A stretch of DNA of 62,695 nt, the filler included, from Squatina squatina (Eukaryota), in the NCBI GenBank assembly GCA_031763465.1. It is 4 parts of 4 records of this genome, joined end to end, with 100 filler letters (N's around TTAATTAATTAA, not from the genome) between each part and the next. Parts side by side here need not be neighbours in the genome. Positions count along the whole stretch, not along the records: positions 15,556 to 30,034 come from JARFOE010734619.1; positions 30,135 to 48,532 come from JARFOE010000001.1; 2 more parts are not named here. One strand, written 5' to 3'. Position 1 is the first letter of the stretch, and every line of letters starts with the position of its first letter. Under the pieces are notes generated by a model. The model was given only the letters and a program-made list of their open reading frames with translations. It searched no databases and was not told the origin of the DNA. Below, piece after piece: positions 25,586 through 37,530 of this stretch. A program made the translations under genes and the position numbers.

Positions 25586-25950
25586 GTGCTGTACTCCTTA
25601 GAGCAGAGAAGGTTAAGAGGAGATTTGATGGAGGGGTATAAAATAGTGAAGTTTATAAGGAGCAATTAACGGTAAACGACTTCCAATGGCTGATGGCTCG
25701 ATAACCAGAGGACAGAGATTTAAGTAGGTTGACAATAAAGCCAGGTGCGACATGAGGAACATCTTGTTTGCACAACAAGGAAATGGATTTGGAGTGCACG
25801 GAACGATAGTGTGTGGGATACACATTCAATAGCAGCCTGCAAAAGGACTTTGGGAAATACTTGAAGGAGAAATGAATGCAGTGGCATGGGGAAAGAGAGG
25901 GAGACTGGGACCAACAGCACTGCTCTTTGGCAGAGATTCAAGAGGGTGCA
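25586..25950 (+). mobile_element. CR1 3' fragment
   Basis: TACTCCTTAGAGCAGAGAAGGTTAAGAGGAGATTTGATGGAGGGGTATAAAAT encodes YSLEQRRLRGDLMEGYKI, the CR1 ORF2 C-terminal motif. Confidence 0.8.
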
Positions 25951-25989
25951 TGGCTGTAGTGTTTAATATCATATTCGGATTGGGAACCA

Positions 25990-27055
25990 ATAACCACTGG
26001 GGTGCCACAAGGTTCAGTGCTGGCGCAGCAACTGTTTACAATATACATTAATGACTAAAGCATTAATAATTAATAAAACATTAATAAAGCATGTGAATGT
26101 ATTGTAGATAAATTTGCAGCTGAAACACTACTAGGTGGGAAGGCAAGTTGTGAGGAGGATACAAACTTTTTACAGAGAGATATTGATCGGTTAGCTGATT
26201 GGGCAAAACGTTGGCAAATGGAGTATAATGTGGGAAAATGTGAAGTTGTTCATTTTGGAAAGAAAAACAAAAGAACAGAGTATTATTTAAACGGAGAAAA
26301 ACTGCATAAAGCTGCATGACAAAGGGATTTGGGTGTCATTCTGCTTGAAACACAGAAAGCTAACACACAAGTGCAGCAGGTATTAAGGAAGGCTTATGGA
26401 ATGTTGGCCTTTATTTCAAAGGGGTTGGAGCAGAGATGTAAGGAAGTCTTGCTGCAACTATATAAGGCACGAGTGAGACCATTCCTGGTGTACTGTGAAG
26501 AGTTTTGGTCCCCGTATTTTAGGAAAGATCTAAATTCATTGGAGGCGCTTCAGAGAAGGTTTACTAGGATGATTCCGGGTATGGAGGGATTGCCCGATGA
26601 GGAAAGGTTGAACAGTTTAGGACTCTACTCATTGGAATTTAGAAGAATGAGAGGAGATCTGATTGAAACATATAAGATTCTTAGGGGGTTGGACAGGGTA
26701 AATGCAGAGAGGATATTTCCTCTCATGGGTGAGTATAGGACCAGATGACACAGTCTCAGAATAAGGTGGCGCCCATTTAAGACAGAGGCGAGGAGGAATT
26801 TCTTCTGACAGAGGGTTGCCAGTCTTTGGAATTCCTTGCCACAGTGGGCTCTGGAGGCTGAGACGTTGTGCATATTAAGTCCAACATAGATAGATTTCTA
26901 ATCAGTAAGGGAATCAAGGATTATGGGGAGAAGTCGGGGAGATGGACTTGAGAAATGTCGGTTCAGCCATGATCCAATTGAATGGCAGAGCGGGCTCGAA
27001 GGGACGAATGGCCTACTCCTGCTCCTATTTCCTATGGGTTCTGGTCTTATGTTCT
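25990..27055 (+). mobile_element. 5'-truncated CR1/HER1-like LINE (RT C-terminal half and 3' UTR)
   Basis: GVPQGSVLAQQLFTIYIND, then WAKRWQMEYNVGKCEVVHFG, then ORF 26329-26748 (LYKARVRPFLVYCEEFWSP...SLEFRRMRGDLIETYKIL), then the canonical tail. Stops and frameshifts are present. Confidence 0.95.
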
Positions 27056-27069
27056 TTGAATCCATGATC

Positions 27070-28260
27070 CATGGTTCTGCGATAGGAAGAGTTACAACTG
27101 GTGACATCACCGTACTTGTAAATGCTGGACACATATCTGTGGAAGGAAGCTCCAAAACCATGCATGCAAATGACGAAGAAGAGAAGGCAAGGATAGAGCC
27201 TTGGGATTCATCAAAGGGAACGGTGCCTAAAGAAGGAGGATGGTGAGAGAAACCATTGTTCGATATTCTCTCGCTCTAATCAGGTAGGTAAACTGTGAAA
27301 CAAGCATTTGAAGTCCCACGAAAAGCGAGGCACATTGGAGGAGAGGCCGCTGAGTCTGCAACTGATAAATTATTATTTGGGAGTTTCAATGTCAGCAGAA
27401 CTGAGGCCGGGTCAGAGGTCAGAATGTTATAAATGTAGAAGTGGGCCTCTGCTCCAATTGGAAGGAAATGAGGGCAGAAACACAAATCAGGGACACAAAT
27501 GGATCAAAGGGTTAAATACACCATATTGAGTACAAGACAACAGAAAGATTGGGGATTGAATCATTGTCACGGGTATCGATGTTGCGGTGGGACCAAAATT
27601 GTTGGCTTCGGCCTTTGCAGTGATTAATTGGAGCAACGCACATCTCAAAGAAAACAGTCAATTGCATTCGGATAACACAGTGTTAGTGAAAGGACGGGCG
27701 AGATGGTGAAGACTTGGAGCTGGGTGTTATCAGTGGACATGTGGAAGCTGACTGCCATACCTGCAGATGATGTCACAAAGGGCAGCATGTGGATGATTCA
27801 GAGGAGGGGACAATTTCAGATACTCGAGAGTTAATGGTGCTGTTATGGGAAGATAAGCCTTTGATGGAGATGCTTCCGCTACCATCCGATCGAATAGACT
27901 CGAAGTCAGTTTGGTTAGTCCCACTGAAATAAGCGCATGTCAAAGTTACGGAGAGATCATGGGTGGGTTTGTGACATGTTTGGAGGAGAGGGCGTAGATG
28001 GCAAGGGGTGAGACGATGAAGGAATTTATAGTCAAAGGTCAACATTTTAAACCGAATGCTACCGATAACAATTGAGGGATGCGGGATTCGAGGTAATGAG
28101 GCTCTGCGGTCGAGCGGGACTTGGGAAGGGCTGGACATGGACTGCAGAGTTTTGGATCGGTTGACAGTAATGGAAGGTGGAGTGTGGCGGGGCCGCCAGG
28201 CGTTAACTGGAGGGACGGAGTCAGGAGGTGGCACAGTTCCAATTTTACTGCAGCCGTTAG
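27070..28260 (-). mobile_element. Cluster of decayed L2-like LINE ORF2 fragments
   Basis: Minus strand gives FHMSTDNTQL (decayed FHMYADDTQL) near 27730 and a second core with SQGSIL...IYKYGDVT near 27100-27210. IQNSA...IRFKMLTFDYKFLHRLTP lies near 28000-28160. Confidence 0.7.
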
Positions 28261-30034
28261 CCAATATAGAATAAACAGTTAAACATGTGCAGTAAAATAA
28301 TGGAGAGAGAAATGTCAGTAGCACACGTTCAGGGTACTTACGCGAATATCATGTACATAATTTCCAGTCTGCACTCCTGAGCGCGACCTTTACATGACCC
28401 TGTGTCGGAGACTGAGACTCCACATTTTAACTTGGAAGCGGCAGGGGCAGAGTGAAGAGGGTCTGCCTGTGTCTCTAGATTCAGTAAACACTGCAGGGAA
28501 ATCGGTAACATTCGCAAATGAATCAGAAGGTGTCAATATAGTCAAAAGAATTACATGAAAATGGTAAGTGGAGCCTCTCATCATTGTTGGATCAGTCCTC
28601 TATGGGCACAGCTTTCGAACTTATTCTCGAGAGAAGTTTGATTAAGGTAACGTCCAAGCCTATGGGATCTTTGTGCTTTATCCAACACATTCTTTGCATC
28701 GGAGTCAAAGGTCCTGATGTAATGTGTTTGTTCAAGTGTCTGTAACTAATTGCAATGTTCAGGGTTGTTGCCGTCTCAGAGGAGATTTATCCGCTGTATA
28801 AATCAGGGCCAATTGGAGTGGGTTAGCTCAGAGTGCCTGCGGGAGCTGTGGGTTCCACTCCAACAGAAGTCGCTGATTATCACAGCAATGGGATATCCCA
28901 TAATCTATCAGATAGAAGACATTTACTTTCCTGTTATTGCAGCCGTTGGAGTTTCTGGTAAGCCGTTATATCAGCAGTGAATTGTGTAAATCGGTGCTAA
29001 CTGTGCTGCTTTATTTGGTTATGTTTTACTCTCTGTGTGTTTTCCAGAGCCGCCTGTTCTGTTCCAGCAGTTCAAGGATGGGATGTGCTCAGCCTCAGTC
29101 TACGCTTTTTTCGTCATTTAGGCTGTGCATTATATCTGTAATATTCTTGTTTCTCCAAACCTGGCCTTGCTATCAGATTAATCTCTGTGCTGAAAGCACT
29201 GGAATCAGGTGTCTGGGCTAAGAGCAGGTAGCAGATCATCAGGAGATGTTAGCAGCTACACTCTGAGTAATAAGCTTATTTCAATGCGGTTTCATTGGTT
29301 GATAATGAGACAGCTCACGGTTGCAATGTTGCAAGGAGACAGCATAATGTCCTCATTCCAAGCAATGTCTTTCAGTCTAACTGGGATTTCAATGTCTGTA
29401 TTGGTTATCACTGCCAAAAAATATTATTTCACGGTTTGTGTATCTGGCGCAGGTTCAGAGGTCTGACAGCCAGCAGCACGGGTGTGGCTGCCCTCTCTTT
29501 TACTTCTCCTTCTCTGATTCAGTGTGGATCAATTCACTGACTGTAACTGGACATCATTATAAAATTAGAAGTTGTGAGGTTACGCTGTATCAGTTTGCAC
29601 AGTATCTGTTATCATCAGGAGCCCTTCGATTAATATTGAAATTATAAGTCGCAGCCATGATTTTAGCCTTCCATTAAATGACAATCGCGCCATCTAACGT
29701 TAGAAGTACAGGAGAAGGGAGTTTCATTGTCTGTCTGGAAGAAACATTCGATTCTTTATGTTTGGTGCAATTCAGATACAGTGAGGAGTGTCGGGGATCA
29801 AGCTGCAGTTTGCATGTTCTGTAGAAACATTAAGCTATTCATATTAAGGCTTAACCATTGAACAAATTTGAATCTGAGAATAGAATCTTTGAACAATGGG
29901 CTCGTGAACAGCATGCAGGTGCAGCATGTTAGGATTGAATCGGAAGTGGGTAAAAACGCATTGAGCAAGCGATTGAATAATGTGCGGTGAAATAGAGAGC
30001 AGCGATAAGGAAGTGGTCTGAGGGGGAATTTATA

Positions 30035-30134
30035 NNNNNNNNNNNNNNNNNNNNNNNNNNNNNNNNNNNNNNNNNNNNTTAATTAATTAANNNNNNNNNN
30101 NNNNNNNNNNNNNNNNNNNNNNNNNNNNNNNNNN
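30035..30134. other. Artificial scaffold-joining linker
   Basis: 44 N + TTAATTAATTAA (30079-30090) + 44 N. Confidence 0.97.
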
Positions 30135-31537
30135 GAAAATCTGGAGTGCGCCTTTTTCTGTCCAAACATCTAGTTGCACCATATTGTGACCCAGGCACGG
30201 CAACAGAGAACTCTTACTCCACCCGATTACTACTGACATATAATGCATTTTCCCTTATTCGTTGGCATCGTCATCCTCGATACGAGCGACAGACTACACT
30301 GCACACATTCTCCTTATGGGAGGCTGAGTGAATAAGCATGGTATGGAAACGAAGGTTTATTTATATAAAGTACATGAACAAACAGTTTTCACAATGAGAA
30401 CATCTATTCCCTGGACTCCGCGGTGTCTGAAAACAACAAAGATGTGACTTACTTTCTTTTTAATCATGAAGCCTATGACAGAAGACCATTTACTCCAGCT
30501 TAACTCTTTAAAGCTAAGCTGGCACAGGCTTTCAAAACACTCACAGCTGTTTGCCGCTGGCTGCCAAATCCACACAACTCCTGGTAGAGACTGGCCCTGT
30601 CTTGAGATAGTGACACAAGGTTTACATCTATTGAGCTGACAATTACGGAGGGCTCCAGACTGGTACCTATCCTTAGAACAGTGGTTAGACAATATACCGG
30701 TCATGATTTAATTAAACCAGAATGCCTGTTCATCAATATTGAATGAAAATAATCTCTACTGATGCTTCTCAGTGAACGTGTCCATTCCAGTTAATTCCCA
30801 CCTGAGGATTTCTCATTATTAACAGCTTCAGGAACTCGCATAAGTAGGCAGTGTCGATGCCAACACTTCTAGAGTTAAACTGCTAAGACGGCCCCTTTGA
30901 GAAACCTTGGGCGACATAAATTTAACCCCCTACATACTGATCCTGACAGTCCAGAAATATTAAAAGTTAAAAATGCTAAAAACGACAACACAGGCAACAA
31001 TTCATTTTGGCACAACCTCAAAGCACTTTATGCAATGAGTCACTTTTGAAATGCAATGACAGTGTACACCATTTCTTGGGGTTTCCCAGTGGATCTTCTG
31101 GCAAAGTTACGACAGATGATCGAAGAACCCCTGTGGAAATTCAACCCCCTAATTTTTAGCTATAACAGGAAAAGGCCAGTTTGGTCCATCTGGCAAGTTC
31201 CAAAACAGAATATGCAGTTCAGTGCCTACATCCGTCGATGCCTGAAAGGGACATGGACTGACATTTTCTTTCTTATATATCATTTGCATGTTGGTGGAAT
31301 AAATACTTGGCAGCTAGCATTTATGAGAACAAATGTGTTTCAGCAGTATAAAACAACCCTAATCCTTTTCTTGAACTTCAGTGGAATAGCAAATCGGTTG
31401 GGTGTATGACGGGCAGCCGATTTGCTATTGCTCATTTTGTGCCCCCACCCCTATCTCTCTCTAACCTTTTTAATACGCTGAACTGATGCACTTGGTAAGA
31501 TGAGTACAAATAGAAATTGTTAAACTGCTTTAGTGGT

Positions 31538-31686
31538 GTCAGCTGTGGCTCATTAAGTAGCACACTGGCCTCTGAGTCAGAAGGTTGTGGGTTCAAGTCC
31601 CACTCCAGGGACCTGAGCACAAAAATCTAGGCTGGTGCTCCAGTGGAGTGCTGCATTGTCCAAGGTGCTGTCTTTCAGATGAGGTG
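31538..31686 (+). mobile_element. tRNA-derived SINE head (SacSINE1/DeuSINE-like), truncated by a gap
   Basis: GTCAGCTGTGGCTCA...GCCTCTGAGTCAGAAGGTTGTGGGTTCAAGTCCCACTCCAG with A and B boxes. Sister copies at 53466 and 60518. Confidence 0.85.
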
Positions 31687-32139
31687 NNNNNNNNNNNNNN
31701 NNNNNNNNNNNNNNNNNNNNNNNNNNNNNNNNNNNNNNNNNNNNNNNNNNNNNNNNNNNNNNNNNNNNNNNNNNNNNNNNNNNNNNATGAGATTGACTAA
31801 TAGGACATGGATACGTTAACCACTTTCTTCCTGATCACCAAAAAAGGGCAATTCCAACACTCCCATCTATTGCTCACCCAATCCGTGGGATAAGTGGGGA
31901 AAAATTTCATCAAACCCGTGTAGTAACAGGGATGCTTTATGCATAAGTTAACACTTCAGCTCAAACTCTGAAAATTGTGCAAAGTTGAGATTGACTCTCA
32001 TTAACATTACATCTTCACCTGAAGAGATGGTACTCTTCCTCACTGCTTTAAAAAAAATGAAATTGTGAGAAACAAAAAAGAATTTAAAGTAGAGCATGTT
32101 GATTCATCTTGTTTCTGTACATGTTATTTTTACTTGTAC

Positions 32140-32309
32140 CTTTGGTTTCCTTGGTTTCTTGTTCTTTAAAAGCATGGTACTGGTTACGAGTAGTGCTAGT
32201 CATGGATTTCAATGGCTGATTTAGGATCTTGTATTTTTCTTTCACTGTGGTATTAAGCTCCCGAATCACAGCATTGATCTGATCATAGGTCATACGACCT
32301 TTCATGTAC
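32140..32309 (-). CDS. SKA1: Spindle and kinetochore-associated protein 1, one internal exon (microtubule-binding domain)
   Basis: 170-nt exon with acceptor TTCTAG and donor GTACAA. It encodes YMKGRMTYDQINAVIRELNTTVKEKYKILNQPLKSMTSTTRNQYHAFKEQETKETK, matching the vertebrate SKA1 pattern YMKxRxTYxQINxVI...KYKILxQPxKSM...ETKxTKG. Confidence 0.92.
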
Positions 32310-32569
32310 CTAGAATACAAAGTAAATAAAAAGAAATCATTATCTAATAACATTTAATTGAAGTGATAAAACATATGCATGTTCAAAAATGATCTGATGG
32401 TCAATATAGTAGCAATTTCTATCCAAGATAACTCGATGAAAAAGTGAGGCTTTCTTGGAGTTGTGGAAGNNNNNNNNNNNNNNNNNNNNNNNNNNNNNNN
32501 NNNNNNNNNNNNNNNNNNNNNNNNNNNNNNNNNNNNNNNNNNNNNNNNNNNNNNNNNNNNNNNNNNNNN

Positions 32570-32820
32570 TATTCAACAGCAGGTTGGCTGCTGGCCGATA
32601 AGGGACACCCGCTACTCTCATGCCTCATGGCGCCTCATCAAAGGCCCATCACAGCTGCAGAAGAACGTTACTATGAAGCACACATGAAGGAAAGAATATG
32701 ATTTGAGCAAGTCATTGGAATGTACAAAAGATAGGTCTGGTGTTACTGGGGTTGCCTGCCAGGATGCGCCAAGCACTGCCTGGCAAATTGTGGTAGTTCA
32801 CAATTTTGCAATCAGGATGG
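32570..32820 (+). mobile_element. PIF/Harbinger (HARBI1-like, DDE_Tnp_4) transposase remnant
   Basis: GWLLADKGHPLLSCLMAPHQRPITAAEERYYEAHMKERI*FEQVIGMYKR*, then IVVVHNFAI. This matches the Harbinger GWLLGDxGYPL..WLMTP...E.RYN.AH..R..E..G..K.R...LHN motif. Disrupted. Confidence 0.85.
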
Positions 32821-33699
32821 TAGATGGCCCAGACGATGCCAGAGAGCCTGATGACGACATTGTTGATGCTGAAGGCCCAGCCTATGAAGAACAGGAAATA
32901 CATGTTGTGGGGGTGATTGTGGTATTAGATGCTCCAAATGTAAACCCCCAAATTTATATAAACCGCATTGGTTGTGAGACAGCAGAGAGACAGATTCATT
33001 TGTCACGCCTTCACAGCTGAATAGAGCACCGTTATTTGGAAGTCTCAGCCCAGCAAAGACCTGCCTCCTCTCACTAATCTCCCTGTGGCCCAAGTAAAAT
33101 CCTTGCTCTTCACAGCTCACTAATCCATCAGGTCCTTCATGGCTCCCCATTGTCGTACAGAAGAACGAAACATCAAGCAGTCCTTAAAAAAATATTCTAG
33201 TGATTTGTTGCAACTATTTACAAAATAATTACTTGGTTTGCATATCCCCAGTGACCACGTGAGCTTTTTTTCTGCCCTATTTAACACTTATTCTACATAC
33301 CATCTAAGGGTCTGGGGTTTGAGATGGAGATACCTGCAGCAAAATACTATGAGCCTCTTGGAATGGAGATGACTTAAGATGGAAATAGGACAGGCCGAGT
33401 CCTTATCATGGCTCCTTGGCAGCCTGCATAGCTGAGGGTCTGTAGGGAACTGATGTAGTACTCCACTGTGCGAAGGGAAAGCAGCCTCATTGGCACATCT
33501 CCCAGCTACTCCACTAGTAATGGGAGCAGGATTCTGATCACCGGCATCCGCTTCACATTGACCTGTCCAAACGATTCCCCAAGACCTGCAGTTCTTTATG
33601 TTAAGCTTTGTAGGGTTTCTCCTCTCGCTTCAGAATGCAAAAGGCCGAAGATCAAGTAAGACACTATAGTTATTTTCTAACTTTATAGAGAATTTAATT

Positions 33700-34000
33700 T
33701 GAAATACAGACTTGTCAGTTTTTACCAGAAAGAAAGTAATAGCTTCTCATACAACCTTTCTCAAGGCAAATAATTGATCAAGTTCTTTCTTCTTGGGAGA
33801 ATAAGAAGGTTGCTCTCCTACGCCGTCTTGGCATTGCATGTGGTTCTCCAGAAAACCCTTGTAAGATAGGGTGCTGTATATATTTTTCTCTTCAAATTCT
33901 GCTGTTTGACATCATACCAAATATAGGTTGTTTTAGAACTCCAACACTAATAAACCTCTTATCAGATCCATAGGCCTTACTTTCTTGTCTCTGCAACTAT
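33700..34000 (-). mobile_element. Very old LINE RT fragment (RTE-like)
   Basis: Minus strand reads SYKGFLE...EQ...DQLFALRKVV*E, resembling the RT subdomain DQIFxLRQIxEK. Confidence 0.4.
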
Positions 34001-34362
34001 TGGCATTGTTTCTTCTTACCAAGGTCAGTCTTCCTGACACACCCTATCTACTGACTCAGCAAAACAGCATCCTGGCAATATTGTAGTAAACATATCTATG
34101 ATCCTTTGCAGGACATGTCAATAGCTTGTTTTCCAAGCATTCTTATTTAGCTCAAATTGACAATACCAAGTAAGTCCATTCTTTTAGTCTCCTTTAAAAA
34201 CATATTTTAAAAAGCCATTTCAAAACGTCCAAAATCTTTCATTAGTCCAGTAACATAACCACCACACTACCATACCCAAGTCACTTATATCAGAGAGTTT
34301 AGATTGAATTAGTACAGTATTCCCACCACGCCATCTGTGACCGATTTCTGTATATATTTTAG

Positions 34363-34642
34363 GGAGCAGAATGAGGAGCTTCAGACAAAGCTATCTCATC
34401 AGCGAGAGATGGAATTGGTGAAGGACAGGAAGGCACAAATAGAGTTCAAGAAGAGGCTGCAGAATCAGCAGAAGGAAGAGGAGCAGCTCTTTGGTGAGTT
34501 GTGGGAGAAGGATCGGCTTGCTAAAGAGGAGAGGTTAGAAAAAGAAATGAGAGAGCAAAATGAGAAACAGCAAGAAAACCTGGCTGGTCAACAGGAGCAA
34601 ATGGCAGAAACCAACGCTAAACGCATGGATCAGAAGCGGCTG
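34363..34642 (+). CDS. CFAP53: Cilia- and flagella-associated protein 53 (CCDC11), one coiled-coil exon, 3' end lost in a gap
   Basis: Acceptor TATTTTAG, then EQNEELQTKL...DRKAQIEFKKRLQNQQKEEEQLFGELWEKDRLAKEER, matching CFAP53 ERKAQIxF...EEQMFxxLWEEDRLAKE. Its position between SKA1 and MYO5B agrees with known synteny. Confidence 0.88.
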
Positions 34643-35437
34643 NNNNNNNNNNNNNNNNNNNNNNNNNNNNNNNNNNNNNNNNNNNNNNNNNNNNNNNNNN
34701 NNNNNNNNNNNNNNNNNNNNNNNNNNNNNNNNNNNNNNNNNNTTTTAGTGATAAATAGAAATAAATGCAATGTATCTGAATGGTCAGCAGATGGTGCCAA
34801 ATGACTATTAGGAAGGTGAAATCTACCCACCTAGTTGACAAAAAGACTCATTACAGCAGTGTTTCAGTTTGCAAGATGTGACCCTGAATTTACTCAGGAG
34901 TTCTGCCAGACACTCACTGTAACTCCAGCAGGACGGTGGGGGAACTCACCATCAGGTAGTACCAGGTCCCTGCCAATTCTGGTTGCTCTCAGTTGGTTTT
35001 GTAAGGGGGCAGAACCTCCACCTACCCTTTAAAAAATGACCATAGGGGATGACCCCAGGAATGGGAGTGGGATTCTGTAAGCTGGGAGTTACAACTCCCC
35101 AAGCTCATTAAACTCACTCGGCGTACCAGCCTCGAGAGCAGCACAAATGGGCCACCTTGACTGGGTACAGGATGCCCTGAAGAAAGCACAGGTGTTTTTA
35201 AAAAAAAATATTGGGTCAGCCCCTTTGCACAGGGGACCAAAGCAGGCATGGCTGGGCTTTCAAGGCGGGTCTTGGGCAACTCTTTCCCCCGCTCCCCCAC
35301 CCCCCCGCCCTTAAGGCAGGCAAGCACTGAATTATCTNNNNNNNNNNNNNNNNNNNNNNNNNNNNNNNNNNNNNNNNNNNNNNNNNNNNNNNNNNNNNNN
35401 NNNNNNNNNNNNNNNNNNNNNNNNNNNNNNNNNNNNN

Positions 35438-35540
35438 ATTTTGAAAAAGAGTTCTTCTCCCTTGTTCTGGCCAACATTTATCCCTCAACCTACATCACGA
35501 AAACAGATTATCCTTCACTTATCACATGCTGTTTACAGTC
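35438..35540 (+). mobile_element. SacSINE1/DeuSINE-like central segment
   Basis: CTGGCCAACATTTATCCCTCAACCTACATCACGAAAACAGATTATC, the Deu-domain-type core. Confidence 0.75.
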
Positions 35541-37154
35541 GTACCTTCAGTGTGCCAAACCTTTTTGGAATTGTAATATGATCACCAGAATTTCAGTAAG
35601 TGCAATGAGTGGGTGTGAAATTTTCATTCTTATGTCCACGTTGCAATGGAAACAGTTCTGTTATAAAAGATGGTTCTCTGGTTCCCAAATATTTCCACTT
35701 GAAAAATGCCAGATGTGTGAATGCAAGGACACAGCTGCAACAAAGTTTGCAACTTTGTCATTCTAGCTACGGACCATCCCCGATGCCATTGTGTTGTATG
35801 AGGTAGACCAGGCTGGTGCATATACGTATATTCTTATACTCGGATTGGCAGGGAACAGGCTAAACACCCCCTTATTGTTTAGAAATGTGAACATAGATCA
35901 GAGTTAGGGTTAAATGTTGCATTTGCATTACACTAATACCAATGTTGTATTGGCATGAAGACGTAGACACATGGGAATTGAGTTTTGACAAATATATTGT
36001 TTTTAAAAACTGTGTGGGATCTGTACAGGGGAAATACGAATAATTCAGCTAATGCAAAGGAAGAATAGCAGCAAGCGTATTTTTATATATAAAAGCTCAG
36101 AACTTGTGCAGTTTATTTAGGGGGAGATTTGGTAACCTATGGGACACAAACACTTCCCTTTTGATCTCTAGGACCTCCTAAATCTATCCAAATTAATTCA
36201 GTAAAAGTCTGATTGGCTGTGATGGTCCTTTTTATGAAATTAGTTTGGAACAATCACAACTCAGTTCCCACACCATGTGGCCGTGGACCCATAAACATAA
36301 TTATTTGGCACTAAGTTGCCAATTTCACTCATCAGGATAGCTGGAGAGAAAATGGAAATGTGCAGGAAGGGGTTCTCTTCATTGGTCAAGGCTAAGGCGT
36401 ATTATTGGGATCGAGTAGAAGGAGTTTTCCTGTTTATTTGAAAGTGTAATGTACCCTCACATCCCCAAGTGATACCTGGAGTGACTGGCCTGTTGTCTGG
36501 TGCTGTTCCAAATGCTATCTAAGAAAATGGAGGGGGCATATGTTCATGCTGTAGTTAGGTGGGAAGGTGAAGGTATTATAAAGTCCGGGGTAGGGTAACA
36601 GCAGTGCAACTCCAATTTGGTTATTTATTTTGGAACATTTGTGCATTTTTAATTGGAGGCAAATCAGTGGTACAACTACAATACTAGCTGCTTTATTGTA
36701 AATTCAGACATCTTGCTCTTTTTAAAATATAACATTTGATGAATGCAACCTCATCTCTTGGAAGAGCTGACTTAATGATCACGAGGGTGGGGGGTGTCAC
36801 TTTATATAACTCAACTCTTTTTAATTAAGAATTTCACAGTTCCCACACCACCAATTGTTAAGATCTGATTTTTGTTTTAATTGTGAAACTTAGGAAAGGG
36901 GCCAAGGCCCATGTTGTAGAACACCACTGAATTTGAAAAATGTAGGAGAGAAGACAAGGTAAATCAAGAAACGGTTGTTAGTTGTCAGCAAGCTTGGATT
37001 TTTAAAAGCCGGTAGATAATAAGAGGAAAGAAGGTCTGAGGATGGTGGTTCCGTCGCTTAGAGATTGTGGAAAAGATTTAATTGCAGTAAATGACGGTGA
37101 GATGATTCTTGGTTTGACACAGGAGGATGCAGCAAGGAGGCAGCCAGCATGCTT

Positions 37155-37530
37155 AGAATCTTAGGAATTTACAGCACGGAAGGAGGCCATTCAGCCCATC
37201 GTGTCCGTGCCGGCCGACAAAGAACTATCCAGCCTAATCCCACTTTCCAGCTCTTGGTTCTCAGCCTTGTAGGTTACGGCACTTCAAGTGCACATCCAAG
37301 TACTTTTTAAATGCTGTGAGGGTTTCNNNNNNNNNNNNNNNNNNNNNNNNNNNNNNNNNNNNNNNNNNNNNNNNNNNNNNNNNNNNNNNNNNNNNNNNNN
37401 NNNNNNNNNNNNNNNNNNNNNNNNNNTTTGAATAGCTGGGGCCCAAGCCCTGATCCTCGTGGTACCCCACCAGTCACCGCCTGCCACCCCGAAAAAGCCC
37501 CATTTATTCCTACTCTCTGTTTCCTGTCCG
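37155..37530 (-). mobile_element. CR1 fragments either side of a gap (3' tail; RT segment)
   Basis: Before the gap: ETLTAFKKYLDVHLKCRNLQG and the tail GATGGGCTGAATGGCCTCCTTC. After the gap: GGTGGGGTACCACGAGGATCAGGGCTTGGGCCCCAGCTATT (GVPRGSGLGPQL). Confidence 0.8.

Noticed and set aside
26329-26748. 139-aa ORF as a host gene
   Set aside because: It is the C-terminal part of CR1 ORF2 within a disrupted, truncated element.
28750-29650. Several overlapping 70-95 aa ORFs, with a vaguely coding-like minus strand
   Set aside because: Multiple stops and no recognisable motif. Probably an old unclassified repeat; I cannot support a call.
30350-30900. Possible SKA1 last exon and poly(A) signal (minus-strand AATAAA at 30356-30361; RHC codons near 30850)
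   Set aside because: No frame reproduces the SKA1 C-terminus. The last exon is probably in a gap, and a lone AATAAA is uninformative.
31538-31610. tRNA-like A/B-box sequences here and at 53466 and 60518 as tRNA genes
   Set aside because: They continue into a shared SINE body and do not form a full cloverleaf.
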